This document shows, piece after piece, positions 1-9,117 of a stretch of 64,000 nucleotides of DNA. The stretch lies in assembly GCA_035449045.1 (NCBI GenBank), contig DAOTKC010000001.1:72145-136144 (forward strand), read 5' to 3'. The notes under the pieces were generated by a model. It was not told where the DNA came from, made no database searches, and worked only from the letters and a program-made list of their open reading frames with translations. The position numbers were made by a program, and so were the translations under genes. The DNA is from Eubacteriales bacterium. Lineage in GTDB: Bacteria; Bacillota; Clostridia; Christensenellales; CAG-917. Position 1 is the first letter of the stretch. Each line of letters starts with the position of its first letter.

Positions 1-550
1 TGTATGCCTCGTCGACTATGACCAGCCTCTCCCTCTTTTTCAAAAGCTTTTCGATGTCGGCGCCAGGAACCGCCATGCCGGTTGGCGAGTTGGGGTTGGC
101 GAGCACCACGCTTTTGTCGGTCCTTACAAACGCCTCTATGTCAATCGAATAATCCTCTTTGAGGGGAATGGTATTCGTTTTGATGCCGTAAAGCTCGCAG
201 TATACGGGATAAAAACCGTAGCTTATCTCGGGGAAGCACACCTCTCTTTCGCCGTCGAAAAACGCCGCGAAAATGAATGCCAGCACCTCGTCGGAGCCGT
301 TCCCCACAAATATGTTTTCGATGTCAAGCGAAAGATTGGCGGCCAGCGCGCGCCTTATCAGGCGGCTTTCGGGGTCGGGATAGAGCCTCAGCTTGTTGAT
401 TTCGGCTGAAGAGAGTGCCGCCGCCGCCTTAGGCGAGGGCGGAAAAGGCGACTCGTTGGTGTTGAGCTTGACAAAGCCTCCCTCCTGCGGCTGTTCGCCC
501 GGCGTATAGGGAGTCAAATTTTTGTATTTTTCGGAAAAAAACCTGCTCAT
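1..550 (-). CDS. hisC: histidinol-phosphate aminotransferase, N-terminal part (3' end lies outside the window)
   Basis: Reverse translation from the ATG at 550 gives MSRFFSEKYKNLTPYTPGEQPQEGGFVKLNTNESPFPPSPKAA, a HisC-type N-terminus. It lies directly downstream of hisD in the same orientation. Confidence 0.85.
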   Translation of the reverse strand, partial: MSRFFSEKYKNLTPYTPGEQPQEGGFVKLNTNESPFPPSPKAAAALSSAEINKLRLYPDPESRLIRRALAANLSLDIENIFVGNGSDEVLAFIFAAFFDGEREVCFPEISYGFYPVYCELYGIKTNTIPLKEDYSIDIEAFVRTDKSVVLANPNSPTGMAVPGADIEKLLKKRERLVIVDEAY

Positions 551-678
551 ATTTTTTTATCTTTTCCCAATCGGTATTTTATATAGTCAAAATAGTGCAA
601 TAAAACTTAACTTTTGTCATTAAATCTTATATTTCGTCTAAAAATCTATACAAAATTTTTAATTAATATTTTGTTTTT

Positions 679-1953
679 TCAGCCCTTCAGCCTTACTTTT
701 ACCGACTCGGCGTGGCCGGTAAGCCCTTCCCGCACCGCGAAATCGGCTATACCTTCGCCGTATTTTTTCAGCGCGCGGCGGGTGTATCTGATATATTGCG
801 TCCGCTTTGTAAAGCTTCGGACGGAAAGCGGGGATGAAAATCTCGCCGAGCCCGAGGTGGGCAGCGTGTGGTTGGCGCCCGCGAAATAATCGCCGACGGC
901 TTCGGGCGAAAATTCGCCCAAAAACACCGATCCCGCATTTTTTAGCTTGGAAAGAAGCTCCCGGGGGCTTTTGACCAGAAGCTCGAGGTGTTCGGGCGCG
1001 GCGTATTCGGCGATTTTAAGAGCTTCATCTAGGCTTGGCACTATTATAATCCTGCCGAAGTTTTCGATTGAATTTCTCGCGATGTTTTCCCTGTCCAAAA
1101 GGCTAAGGCGGCGCTCTAACGCTGCCGCAATCTTTTCCGCCAAAAGCTCGGAACCGGTCACGACCGCGGCCGAGGCTAAGGTGTCGTGCTCGGCCTGCGC
1201 CAGCATATCGGCGGCAATAAATTCGGGGTTTTGCTCGCCGTCGGCGATGATTAAAATCTCGCTGGGGCCGGCGACCATATCTATTCCCACCTTGCCGAAA
1301 ACCTGCCTTTTGGCTTCGGCGACGTAGGCGTTGCCCGGTCCGGTGATGACGTCGACGGCGGGAACGCTCTCGCTGCCGTAGGCAAGCGCGGCAATCCCTT
1401 GGGCGCCGCCCGACTTAAACACTCTGCTCACGCCCGCGATTTTAGCCGCGGCGAGAATGTTAGGGTTTACTTTTCCGTCCTTTCCCGGCGGCGTTATCAT
1501 AATTATTTCTTCCACGCCGGCAACGGCGGCGGGAACGGCGTTCATAAGCACGGTTGAAGGATAGGCTGCGGTGCCTCCGGGCACGTAAATGCCCGCGCGC
1601 TTTACCGCCGAAACCCTCTCGCCCAAAACCACACCGTTGCCATATCTAACCTTAAAGCCCTTGGGGCGTTGGCGGCGATGGAATTTTTCGATATTCGCTT
1701 TGGCGAGCGTCAAAGTATTTAAAAAGCGGGGGTCGGCCGCGGCTACCGCTTCCTCTATTTCTTCCTTGTCAACCTCTAAGCTTTTAAGCACGACACCGTC
1801 GAATTTTTGGGCGTATTCCATTAAAGCGGCGTCGCCCCGTTCTTTTACATCGGCGATAATTTTGGCAACCACTTCGCTCACGCTCTCGCCAAATTCCTCG
1901 CGCCTTGAAAACAGCTCGGAAAAATCCCCTTTGAATTTTATCATTTTAACCAT
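679..1953 (-). CDS. hisD: histidinol dehydrogenase
   Basis: The track ORF 679..2010 has HisD-like length and content (GIYVPGG, AQAEHD, SPEHLEL). I trimmed the start to the MVKMIKF ATG at 1953 because the upstream part overlaps the hisG 3' end. Confidence 0.93.
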   Translation of the reverse strand: MVKMIKFKGDFSELFSRREEFGESVSEVVAKIIADVKERGDAALMEYAQKFDGVVLKSLEVDKEEIEEAVAAADPRFLNTLTLAKANIEKFHRRQRPKGFKVRYGNGVVLGERVSAVKRAGIYVPGGTAAYPSTVLMNAVPAAVAGVEEIIMITPPGKDGKVNPNILAAAKIAGVSRVFKSGGAQGIAALAYGSESVPAVDVITGPGNAYVAEAKRQVFGKVGIDMVAGPSEILIIADGEQNPEFIAADMLAQAEHDTLASAAVVTGSELLAEKIAAALERRLSLLDRENIARNSIENFGRIIIVPSLDEALKIAEYAAPEHLELLVKSPRELLSKLKNAGSVFLGEFSPEAVGDYFAGANHTLPTSGSARFSSPLSVRSFTKRTQYIRYTRRALKKYGEGIADFAVREGLTGHAESVKVRLKG

Positions 1954-1960
1954 ATAAAGC

Positions 1961-2587
1961 TCACTTCTCGGCGGACACTGCCACGGACAGCGCGGCGGCA
2001 AGGGCGTCAATTTCGCGCGTTTTGAACTTGTAGGCCGATTTATTGGCGATAAGCCGCGCGCTGACCTTCATTATTTCGGCGATGATTTTAAGGTTGTTTT
2101 CCTTTAGCGTGGTGCCTGTTTCCACCAAGTCGACGATGACGTCGGAGATACCGAGAAGGGGCGCGAGCTCGACGGAGCCGTTAAGCTTTATAATCTCCGA
2201 CTCGCGGTTGACGCTTTCGAAATAGGCAAGCGCGGTGTTGACGAACTTGGTCGCTACCTTGACCGGCCGGCTCATATCGGGCTTGTAGCCTTCCGCCGCC
2301 GCCACGCACATCCTGCATTTCCCGAATTTTAAATCGAGGAGCTCGTAGACGTCGGGACGCTCTTCGACTAAAACGTCCTTTCCCACCACGCCGATGTCGG
2401 CGACGCCGTATTCGACGTAGATGGCGACGTCGGAGGGTTTAACCAAAAAATATCTGACGCCGCGCTCGGCGTCGCAAAAAACCAGCTTTCTGTTGTCGGC
2501 AGGCGTTTCGCCGATGTATCCGAGATTAAATAAAAGCTTGGAAGTCTTATCAGCAAGTCTGCCTTTGGGAAGCGCGATGCTGAACAT
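1961..2587 (-). CDS. hisG: ATP phosphoribosyltransferase, short (HisZ-dependent) form
   Basis: 208 aa starting MFSIALPKGRL, which is short-form HisG length, with hisZ immediately upstream. Confidence 0.93.
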   Translation of the reverse strand: MFSIALPKGRLADKTSKLLFNLGYIGETPADNRKLVFCDAERGVRYFLVKPSDVAIYVEYGVADIGVVGKDVLVEERPDVYELLDLKFGKCRMCVAAAEGYKPDMSRPVKVATKFVNTALAYFESVNRESEIIKLNGSVELAPLLGISDVIVDLVETGTTLKENNLKIIAEIMKVSARLIANKSAYKFKTREIDALAAALSVAVSAEK

Positions 2588-2589
2588 AC

Positions 2590-3687
2590 CTAGTCCCTCC
2601 CCCTGAATTCGATTGTTTTGGCGTCGGCGTTTTTCGGCGGCGTCCGTTGCGCCTTCACAATGTAGCCCTCCTTAACGAGCGCGGCTGCTTTCTCGGCCAC
2701 CGCGCCGGCGTCGGCGTCCTCTCCGTAGACGAGATAAACCTCGTTCTCGTCGGCCGCGGCTCTGGGATAGTAGAGCGCAAGGTCGTCGAGATTGAGGGCG
2801 AACCCCACCGCGCCGCCTTCTTTTTTAAATTTTTGAATCAAAAGGTCGTATCTTCCGCCCGACAGCACCGAGACAGGTATTTTTTCGACGTAGCCTCGGA
2901 AAATTATGCCGTTGTAGTAGTTGACGTCGCCCGATATCGAAAGGTCGAGTTTGGCGCGTCGAGCGTATTTTGTCGTTTTGAGCGCGTTCCAGAGCGATTT
3001 GAGCTCACTAATCGCCTGCGACATTCCGTTCCCCGAGCTTAATCCTTCCAGAACGGCGAGAGCCTCGCCGATATCGCCGGGAAGCGCGATAACCTTTCTT
3101 ATGGCGTCCAGCGCGGCGGCCGAAATACCCGGCGCGGCCGCCTCAATATCGTGGCCGTTCTTTTGGGAGATGCAGTTTTGAAGCGCCTCACGGGCGCGCC
3201 CGTCCTCAATGCCCAAGCTCTCGAAAAGTCCCATCGTCAGCCCGATGTGGGATATGTCGAGCACGTAGTTTTTGTCGATGAGCTCCAAGCTCTTCATGGC
3301 GAGAAGAATGACTTCGAGTTCGGAATAAGTGTCGACAGCGCCCATCACCTCTAAGCCCATCTGCTCGGTCTCGCGGTATTCGTCGGTGTGCTTTAAATAG
3401 CGGTAGACATTTTCGATGTAATAGACTTTCTCTGTCTCGCCCGCCTTGCCGCCGAACGTCTTGGCAATCGAAAGCGTGATGTCGGGCTTTAGAGCGAGCA
3501 ACCGCCCGCCGCGGTCGGTGAAAGTGATGATTTGCTCGGTCTTTAAGAAATTTTTGTTTTCGAGGTAAAACACATACTCCTCGAACTTCGACATCTTAAA
3601 GCGCGAAAAGCCGTAGCTCTCGAACACCTCGCGGAGCTCCAGCACCAGCTTTTCGTCTTTTTTCAATTTATCCTGCCCTATCTTCAT
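2590..3687 (-). CDS. hisZ: ATP phosphoribosyltransferase regulatory subunit (HisRS paralogue)
   Basis: 365 aa with a class-II aaRS-like core and no anticodon-binding tail. It sits 2 nt upstream of short-form hisG. Confidence 0.85.
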   Translation of the reverse strand: MKIGQDKLKKDEKLVLELREVFESYGFSRFKMSKFEEYVFYLENKNFLKTEQIITFTDRGGRLLALKPDITLSIAKTFGGKAGETEKVYYIENVYRYLKHTDEYRETEQMGLEVMGAVDTYSELEVILLAMKSLELIDKNYVLDISHIGLTMGLFESLGIEDGRAREALQNCISQKNGHDIEAAAPGISAAALDAIRKVIALPGDIGEALAVLEGLSSGNGMSQAISELKSLWNALKTTKYARRAKLDLSISGDVNYYNGIIFRGYVEKIPVSVLSGGRYDLLIQKFKKEGGAVGFALNLDDLALYYPRAAADENEVYLVYGEDADAGAVAEKAAALVKEGYIVKAQRTPPKNADAKTIEFRGRD

Positions 3688-3768
3688 TTTTTTACCTTTT
3701 TTCGGGACGACCTTTGACCAACCCTAATTCATTTGGCAGTCAGTAATCGGCCTTTTAAATCTTACCTC

Positions 3769-3797
3769 ATTATATTTCACTTTAGTTCGCTAGTCAA
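3769..3797 (-). promoter_or_regulatory. candidate sigma-A promoter of the his operon
   Basis: Minus strand reads TTGACT, a 17-nt spacer, then TATAAT (-35 at 3792..3797, -10 at 3769..3774). This is about 80 nt upstream of the hisZ ATG. Confidence 0.55.
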
Positions 3798-3836
3798 CTA
3801 GTTTAATGAAGTAAATGATATTTTTTTAGTTTTTTT

Positions 3837-3865
3837 AAAACAGCGGCGGTTCCTGCCCGCCGCTG
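3837..3865 (-). terminator. intrinsic terminator after purL
   Basis: Minus strand reads CAGCGGCGG-GCAGGAA-CCGCCGCTG, a 9-bp GC stem followed by TTTT. Confidence 0.75.
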
Positions 3866-3994
3866 AAGACTTAATTTTTTTCGAGTGTTTTCCCGCGTCA
3901 AAGATATTCGCTGTTTGAACATATTCGATGCTCCGAGACCGCCAAGATATTCGATATCCCGATGCGCTTTGAGGCAGACCTAAAAAATTATCGC

Positions 3995-6900
3995 TTACTT
4001 GAAGTAATTGACGCCGTTGGCAAAGATGTCCATATCGAAATTGCCGGGGAAGTTTTTGTAAAGGCCCTTTCCCGTCCGCTCCGAGTGCCCCATCTTGCCG
4101 AACACCCTGCCGCAGGGCGAAATAAGCCCTTCCACCGCCATCATGGAGCCGGAGGGGTTGAATGGCGAGGCCATGGTGGCGTTGCCCGTCTCGTCGCAGT
4201 ATTGTGTGGCGATTTGTCCGCCCGCAATGAGCTTTTCTATCGTCGCCTCGGGTGCTACGAAGCGGCCTTCGCCGTTGCTGACCGGCACGTAGAAGGTCTC
4301 GCCCATCCTAAAGCCCGAAAGCCAAGGCGAGGCGTTGGATGAAATCCTTATTTTGACGATGGTCGAAACGTGGCGCGAAATGGTGTTGAAAGTCAAAGTC
4401 GGGCTGTCGCTTCTCAAGTCCTCGATGACGCCGAAGGGAAGCAAGCCCGTCTTTATGAGCGCCTGAAAGCCGTTGCAGATTCCCAAAATAAGGCCGTCGC
4501 GCTCGTAAAGCAGAGATAAAATCTCTTTCTTTATCAACGGATTTTTTATTGTGACGGCAATGAATTTGCCGCTGCCGTCGGGCTCGTCGCCGCCCGAAAA
4601 GCCGCCCGGGAAAGCTATTATCTGAGCGTTACTTATGCGCTTTTGAAACTCTCTCGCCGAGTATTCGACGTCGGCGGGCTTTAAGTTCTTCAAAACGAAA
4701 ATATCGGGGATGGCGCCCGCCTTTATGAACTTTTTGGCGGTATCGTATTCGCAGTTAGTTCCCGGAAAAACGGGAATAAAGACGCGGGGCTTGGCTGTCG
4801 GATATTTCGATTTAAAGGTTTTGGAAACGTTGAAATCGGCGTTCTTCGCCGCGCCATCGGCGGCCGCCGTCGTCTTAAAGATGGGCTCCAGCGTCGCCGT
4901 ATAGGGCGCACTGAGCTCGGAAAGAGCGACAGAAACGCCCTCGGCCTCGATTTTACCCGAGGAAGTAAGCTCGCCTAAAAGTTCGCCCGCCTCGGTCGCT
5001 ATCTTCTCCTTTGTGATTAAAATAATGTCGCCGGTGTCGGGCTTGAACATGTCGAAGCCTATGCGGTAAAGCTTTGCTCCGGCCATGTTTCCGAGCAGCG
5101 ATTTTGCGAGAGCGACCATAAATCCGTGCTCGACAACTGCCGAATTGACCACTTTATCCGCCGAAATGAGTGAATAAACCTCGTTATAGAGCGAAAGCAG
5201 GCTTTCGTAGTCGGGCTCGCCGAACTCGTCTTTTTTGACTTTGAAGCGATAGATATAGCCCTTATCGGAAAATGCGTTATGGGTGAGCTTCTTAGTGTCG
5301 GTGACGCCGATGGCAAAGCCGATGAGCGTGGGCGGCACATCGATGTTTTCAAAGCTGCCGCTCATGCTGTCCTTGCCGCCAATGGCGCCGATTTTGAGCC
5401 CCAGCTCGGCGTCGAGGGCGCCCAAAAGCGCCGCCGCCGGCTCGCCCCAGCGCGTCTTGTCGCGTCCCAGCCGTTTGAAGTATTCCTGAAGCGAAAGATA
5501 AATGGTTTCCTTTTTCACGCCGCTCGCGACGAGCTTGGAAACGGCACCTATGACAGAATATATTGCGCCTATGTAAGGCGAAGCCGACAGCATTTCGGGA
5601 TAGAGCCCGCACGCCGCGACGGTGACGGTGTCGGTGTCGCCGTCGACGGGAGGCTTAGCCGCCATTGCCGTCGATTCCGTCAGCATATGTCTGCCGCCGA
5701 AAGGAAGCAGCGCCGACGCCGCGCCGATTGTGGAGTCAAAAACCTCGCCCAAGCCCTTTTGAGAGCAGTTTTTAAGTTTTTTTAGCTCGTTTGAAAGCGC
5801 GGCTTGATAGCCTTCCGTTTTAAGCTTTAATAATGTGTCTCCTTCGATTTTGTCAAAGAAATTTTGGCCGCGGTCTTGGATTTTTGCCTCGGCTTGCTGG
5901 CGAACGCCGTTGGTATCAAGGAAGCTCCTCGCTATATCGGCAATCGGCTCGTCATCGTAAAACATTCTGAGGCGGCCGAGGTCGGTTATCTCGGCGACGG
6001 TGGTGGCCTTAAGATTTTCCTCGCCCGCGAGCGCGGCAAATTTTTCGGCGTCGGAGGCTTTGACGACGACGGCCATTCTTTCCTGCGATTCACTGATGGC
6101 GAGTTCGGTCGCAGTCAGCCCTTCGTATTTTTTGGGAACAAGATCAAGCCGAATGTCGATGCCCTCGGCAAGCTCGCCGATGGCGACCGCCACGCCGCCC
6201 GCGCCGAAGTCGTTGCAACGGATAATGAGCCGCGCCGCCTCGGGATTTTTAAACAGCCGCATCAGCTTTCTTTCTTCGGGAGCGTTGCCCTTCTGCACCT
6301 CGGCGCCGCAGAGCTCGACGGATTCCTCGGTGTGCGCGCGGCTGCTGCCCGTCGCGCCGCCGCAACCGTCGCGGCCGGTATCGCCGCCCACCAAAATGAC
6401 GACGTCGCCCGCCGAAGGCCTCTTTCTTATGACGTTGGCGGCGGGCGCGCCCGCTATGACGAAGCCCGCCTCCAATCTCTTGGCGACGTATCCCTCGTGG
6501 TAGAACTCCTGCACCTTGCCCGTCGCAAGCCCGATTTGGTTGCCGTAGCTGGAAAATCCGGCTAGCGCCGTCTTGGTGATGACGCGCTGGGGAAGCTTGC
6601 CCTTCAAGGTGTTTTCAAGGAAGGGATTGCCGCCGCCCGTAATTCTCATTGCCTGATAGACGTATGCCCTGCCCGAAAGCGGATCGCGGATGGCGCCGCC
6701 CAAACAGGTCGCCGCGCCGCCGAAAGGCTCGATTTCGGTGGGGTGGTTGTGGGTTTCGTTTTTGAACATTATGAGCCAGTCTTCAGTGCCGCCCTCTCCC
6801 GCTACCGCGACCTTAATGGAGCAGGCGTTGACCTCCTCGCTCTCGTCGTGGTTTTTTAGGTATCCCATCGCCTTAAGTTTTTTGGTGCCGATGGTGGCGA

Positions 6901-7708
6901 TATCCATGAGGCAGGGGTATTTGTCGGGACGGTCTTTATAAAGCTCGGCGAAAATAGCGCGGTAAAGCTCCAAGCTCTTTTTAATGTGCGGATTTTCAGA
7001 TTCTATTTCTATATCGGTGAGCTCGGTCAAAAAAGTGGTGTGGCGGCAGTGGTCGCTCCAATAGGTGTCTAAGATTTTAAGCTCGGTGACGGTCGGCTCG
7101 CGGTTTTCCGATTTGAAATAGTCCTGCACGAACTTAAGGTCTTCGAGCGTCATGGCAAAGCCGAAATCATCGGAAAACTTCTTAAGCTCGGCCGCAGAAA
7201 GAGAAATAAAACCCGAGAGTTCTTCGCGCATTTTGCGCTTAACGGGCTTTTTCGCCTTGAGCGTCAAAGGAATTTCGGCGCTTCCTTCGCGGCTTTCGAC
7301 GGGGTTTATCAAATGCTTTTTAATGATTAAAAAGTCGGAGTCGGAAATACCGAAAAAGGCGAAGACTGTGGCGCAGCGCACCAGCGGCCGCTCGCCGCCC
7401 GAAAGCAGCGCGACGCACTCAGCCGCGCTCGCCGCGCGCTGGTCGAACTGCCCGTCGAGATATTCGGTGACGAGAACGCGCGCGCCCTTTAAAAATTCAA
7501 CGTCGTCATAGACGATATCGGCGGGCGGCTCGGAAAACACCGAGGATTTTGCCGCCTCGAAAACTTCGTCGCCGATATCCTCGACGTCATAACGCAAAAA
7601 GACTCGAAGCTCGGCCTTAACGCCCAAAATATCGAAAATTTCGCCTTGGATTTTTTTTCTGAAATTATCAAAGCCCGCGCGCTTTTCGACATAAATCCGT
7701 CTGACCAT
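3995..7708 (-). CDS. purL: phosphoribosylformylglycinamidine (FGAM) synthase, single-chain large form with C-terminal glutaminase domain
   Basis: 1237 aa with an AIR-synthase-like repeat and a C-terminal type-1 glutamine amidotransferase region (GICNGFQ). It is the last gene of the pur operon. Confidence 0.93.
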   Translation of the reverse strand: MVRRIYVEKRAGFDNFRKKIQGEIFDILGVKAELRVFLRYDVEDIGDEVFEAAKSSVFSEPPADIVYDDVEFLKGARVLVTEYLDGQFDQRAASAAECVALLSGGERPLVRCATVFAFFGISDSDFLIIKKHLINPVESREGSAEIPLTLKAKKPVKRKMREELSGFISLSAAELKKFSDDFGFAMTLEDLKFVQDYFKSENREPTVTELKILDTYWSDHCRHTTFLTELTDIEIESENPHIKKSLELYRAIFAELYKDRPDKYPCLMDIATIGTKKLKAMGYLKNHDESEEVNACSIKVAVAGEGGTEDWLIMFKNETHNHPTEIEPFGGAATCLGGAIRDPLSGRAYVYQAMRITGGGNPFLENTLKGKLPQRVITKTALAGFSSYGNQIGLATGKVQEFYHEGYVAKRLEAGFVIAGAPAANVIRKRPSAGDVVILVGGDTGRDGCGGATGSSRAHTEESVELCGAEVQKGNAPEERKLMRLFKNPEAARLIIRCNDFGAGGVAVAIGELAEGIDIRLDLVPKKYEGLTATELAISESQERMAVVVKASDAEKFAALAGEENLKATTVAEITDLGRLRMFYDDEPIADIARSFLDTNGVRQQAEAKIQDRGQNFFDKIEGDTLLKLKTEGYQAALSNELKKLKNCSQKGLGEVFDSTIGAASALLPFGGRHMLTESTAMAAKPPVDGDTDTVTVAACGLYPEMLSASPYIGAIYSVIGAVSKLVASGVKKETIYLSLQEYFKRLGRDKTRWGEPAAALLGALDAELGLKIGAIGGKDSMSGSFENIDVPPTLIGFAIGVTDTKKLTHNAFSDKGYIYRFKVKKDEFGEPDYESLLSLYNEVYSLISADKVVNSAVVEHGFMVALAKSLLGNMAGAKLYRIGFDMFKPDTGDIILITKEKIATEAGELLGELTSSGKIEAEGVSVALSELSAPYTATLEPIFKTTAAADGAAKNADFNVSKTFKSKYPTAKPRVFIPVFPGTNCEYDTAKKFIKAGAIPDIFVLKNLKPADVEYSAREFQKRISNAQIIAFPGGFSGGDEPDGSGKFIAVTIKNPLIKKEILSLLYERDGLILGICNGFQALIKTGLLPFGVIEDLRSDSPTLTFNTISRHVSTIVKIRISSNASPWLSGFRMGETFYVPVSNGEGRFVAPEATIEKLIAGGQIATQYCDETGNATMASPFNPSGSMMAVEGLISPCGRVFGKMGHSERTGKGLYKNFPGNFDMDIFANGVNYFK

Positions 7709-7834
7709 TTTTTACCTTAACCTTACAATCTGTATTTGACTTGCTAATGCAAAATAGTTTTAGCCTAACAAAATTATAATTGTTATATTCGCCTTTCGTG
7801 GACTTTCCCTTTGGGTGAGTCGGCAACCTAACGC

Positions 7835-9094
7835 TTATTTAATGCCTATATCTTTGCGGTAGCGCATTCCCGAAAATTTAATTTTGTCGATTTCGGCGTA
7901 AACGGTCTTTCGCGCCGATTCGATGTTTTCTTTGACGGTGGTAACCGAAAAAACTCTGCCGCCGTTTGTAACCGGTTTGCCGTCTTGAAGCTTGGTGCCG
8001 GCGTGGTAAAGAATGATGTCGGAGCCGAGCTCTCCTATCTCGATGGGAAGGCCTTTTTGCGAAGAGGCGGGGTAACCCGCGCAGGCGCAGACGACGGTAA
8101 AACCGGTTTTTTCTTCCCATTCTATTTCAAGTTCGTCGAGCCTTCCCTCGATGACCGCTTCCACTATGTCCAAAAGGTCGGTTTTCAAAAGCGGCAGAAC
8201 GACCTGCGTTTCGGGATCGCCGAAGCGGGCGTTGTATTCCACCACTTTGACGCCGCTATCGGTCAGCATGAGCCCGAAATAAATGACGCCTTTAAAAACT
8301 CTGTTTTCTTCCAAAAGCCCCTTTAAAGTGGGCAAAATGATATTGTTAAGTGTTTCTTCTGCGATTTCTTCGGTAAACTTGGGGGAGGGCGCAAAAGCGC
8401 CCATGCCGCCGGTGTTGGGTCCTTGGTCACCGTCGTAGGCCTTTTTGTGGTCCTGCGAGGAGGGCATGCATTTGACGCTCTTGCCGTCGGTGAAGGCGAG
8501 AACGGTCACCTCGGTGCCCGTTAAAAATTCTTCTATCACGACTTCGCGCCCCGACTCGCCGAATATCTTTTTCTGCATTATGTCGGACAGCGCGGCCTCG
8601 GCCTCGGAAAAGTCTTTTGCGATTATGACGCCCTTGCCGAGCGCCAGCCCGTCCGCCTTGATGACGAGAGGATATTTTGAGACTTTGGCATATTCAAGTG
8701 CGGCGGAAAAATCGGAAAATATTTGGTAGTCTGCGGTGGGAATATTATGGCGCTTCATGAAAGCTTTGGAAAACGCCTTACTCGCCTCGATGATCGCGGC
8801 TTCCTCGCGCGGGCCGAACGCCTTTATACCCTCGGCCTCGAGGCGGTTGACCAGCCCTTTGGCAAGCGGGTCGTCGGGCGCCACGAAAATTATGTCGATG
8901 GCGTTCTCTTTGGCAAAGCTTGCTATTTTATCGAATTCGAGGGCGCCGAAGGGCGCGTTGGTCGCAATCGCCGCCGTGCCCGCATTTCCCGGCGCGCAGT
9001 AGAGCTTGCCTACTTTTTCGCTTTCTTTAAGCTTGGCGCAGATGGCGTGTTCCCGTCCGCCGCCTCCTATAACCATTACGCTTTTTTTATCCAT
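7835..9094 (-). CDS. purD: phosphoribosylamine-glycine ligase
   Basis: 419 aa with VMVIGGGGREHA at the N-terminus and an ATP-grasp core. Confidence 0.94.
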   Translation of the reverse strand: MDKKSVMVIGGGGREHAICAKLKESEKVGKLYCAPGNAGTAAIATNAPFGALEFDKIASFAKENAIDIIFVAPDDPLAKGLVNRLEAEGIKAFGPREEAAIIEASKAFSKAFMKRHNIPTADYQIFSDFSAALEYAKVSKYPLVIKADGLALGKGVIIAKDFSEAEAALSDIMQKKIFGESGREVVIEEFLTGTEVTVLAFTDGKSVKCMPSSQDHKKAYDGDQGPNTGGMGAFAPSPKFTEEIAEETLNNIILPTLKGLLEENRVFKGVIYFGLMLTDSGVKVVEYNARFGDPETQVVLPLLKTDLLDIVEAVIEGRLDELEIEWEEKTGFTVVCACAGYPASSQKGLPIEIGELGSDIILYHAGTKLQDGKPVTNGGRVFSVTTVKENIESARKTVYAEIDKIKFSGMRYRKDIGIK

Positions 9095-9117
9095 GTTTCC
9101 AAAAACCTCAAGGATTT

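Noticed and set aside
3716-3729. T-box-like string AATTAGGGTTGGTC just upstream of hisZ, which raised the possibility of a His T-box riboswitch. I looked for the same thing upstream of metG at 21439..21562.
   Set aside because: The predicted his leader is only about 75 nt, and the whole gap to the purL terminator is about 150 nt. It has no Stem I, specifier loop or terminator/antiterminator pair, and the hairpin is not followed by a U-tract. The metG upstream gap of 124 nt is also too short.
7795-7830. AGGGAAAGTCC string in the purD-purL spacer, reminiscent of the RNase P RNA CR-I region.
   Set aside because: It is an isolated 10-11-nt resemblance in a 126-nt spacer. None of the other RNase P conserved regions or helices are present.
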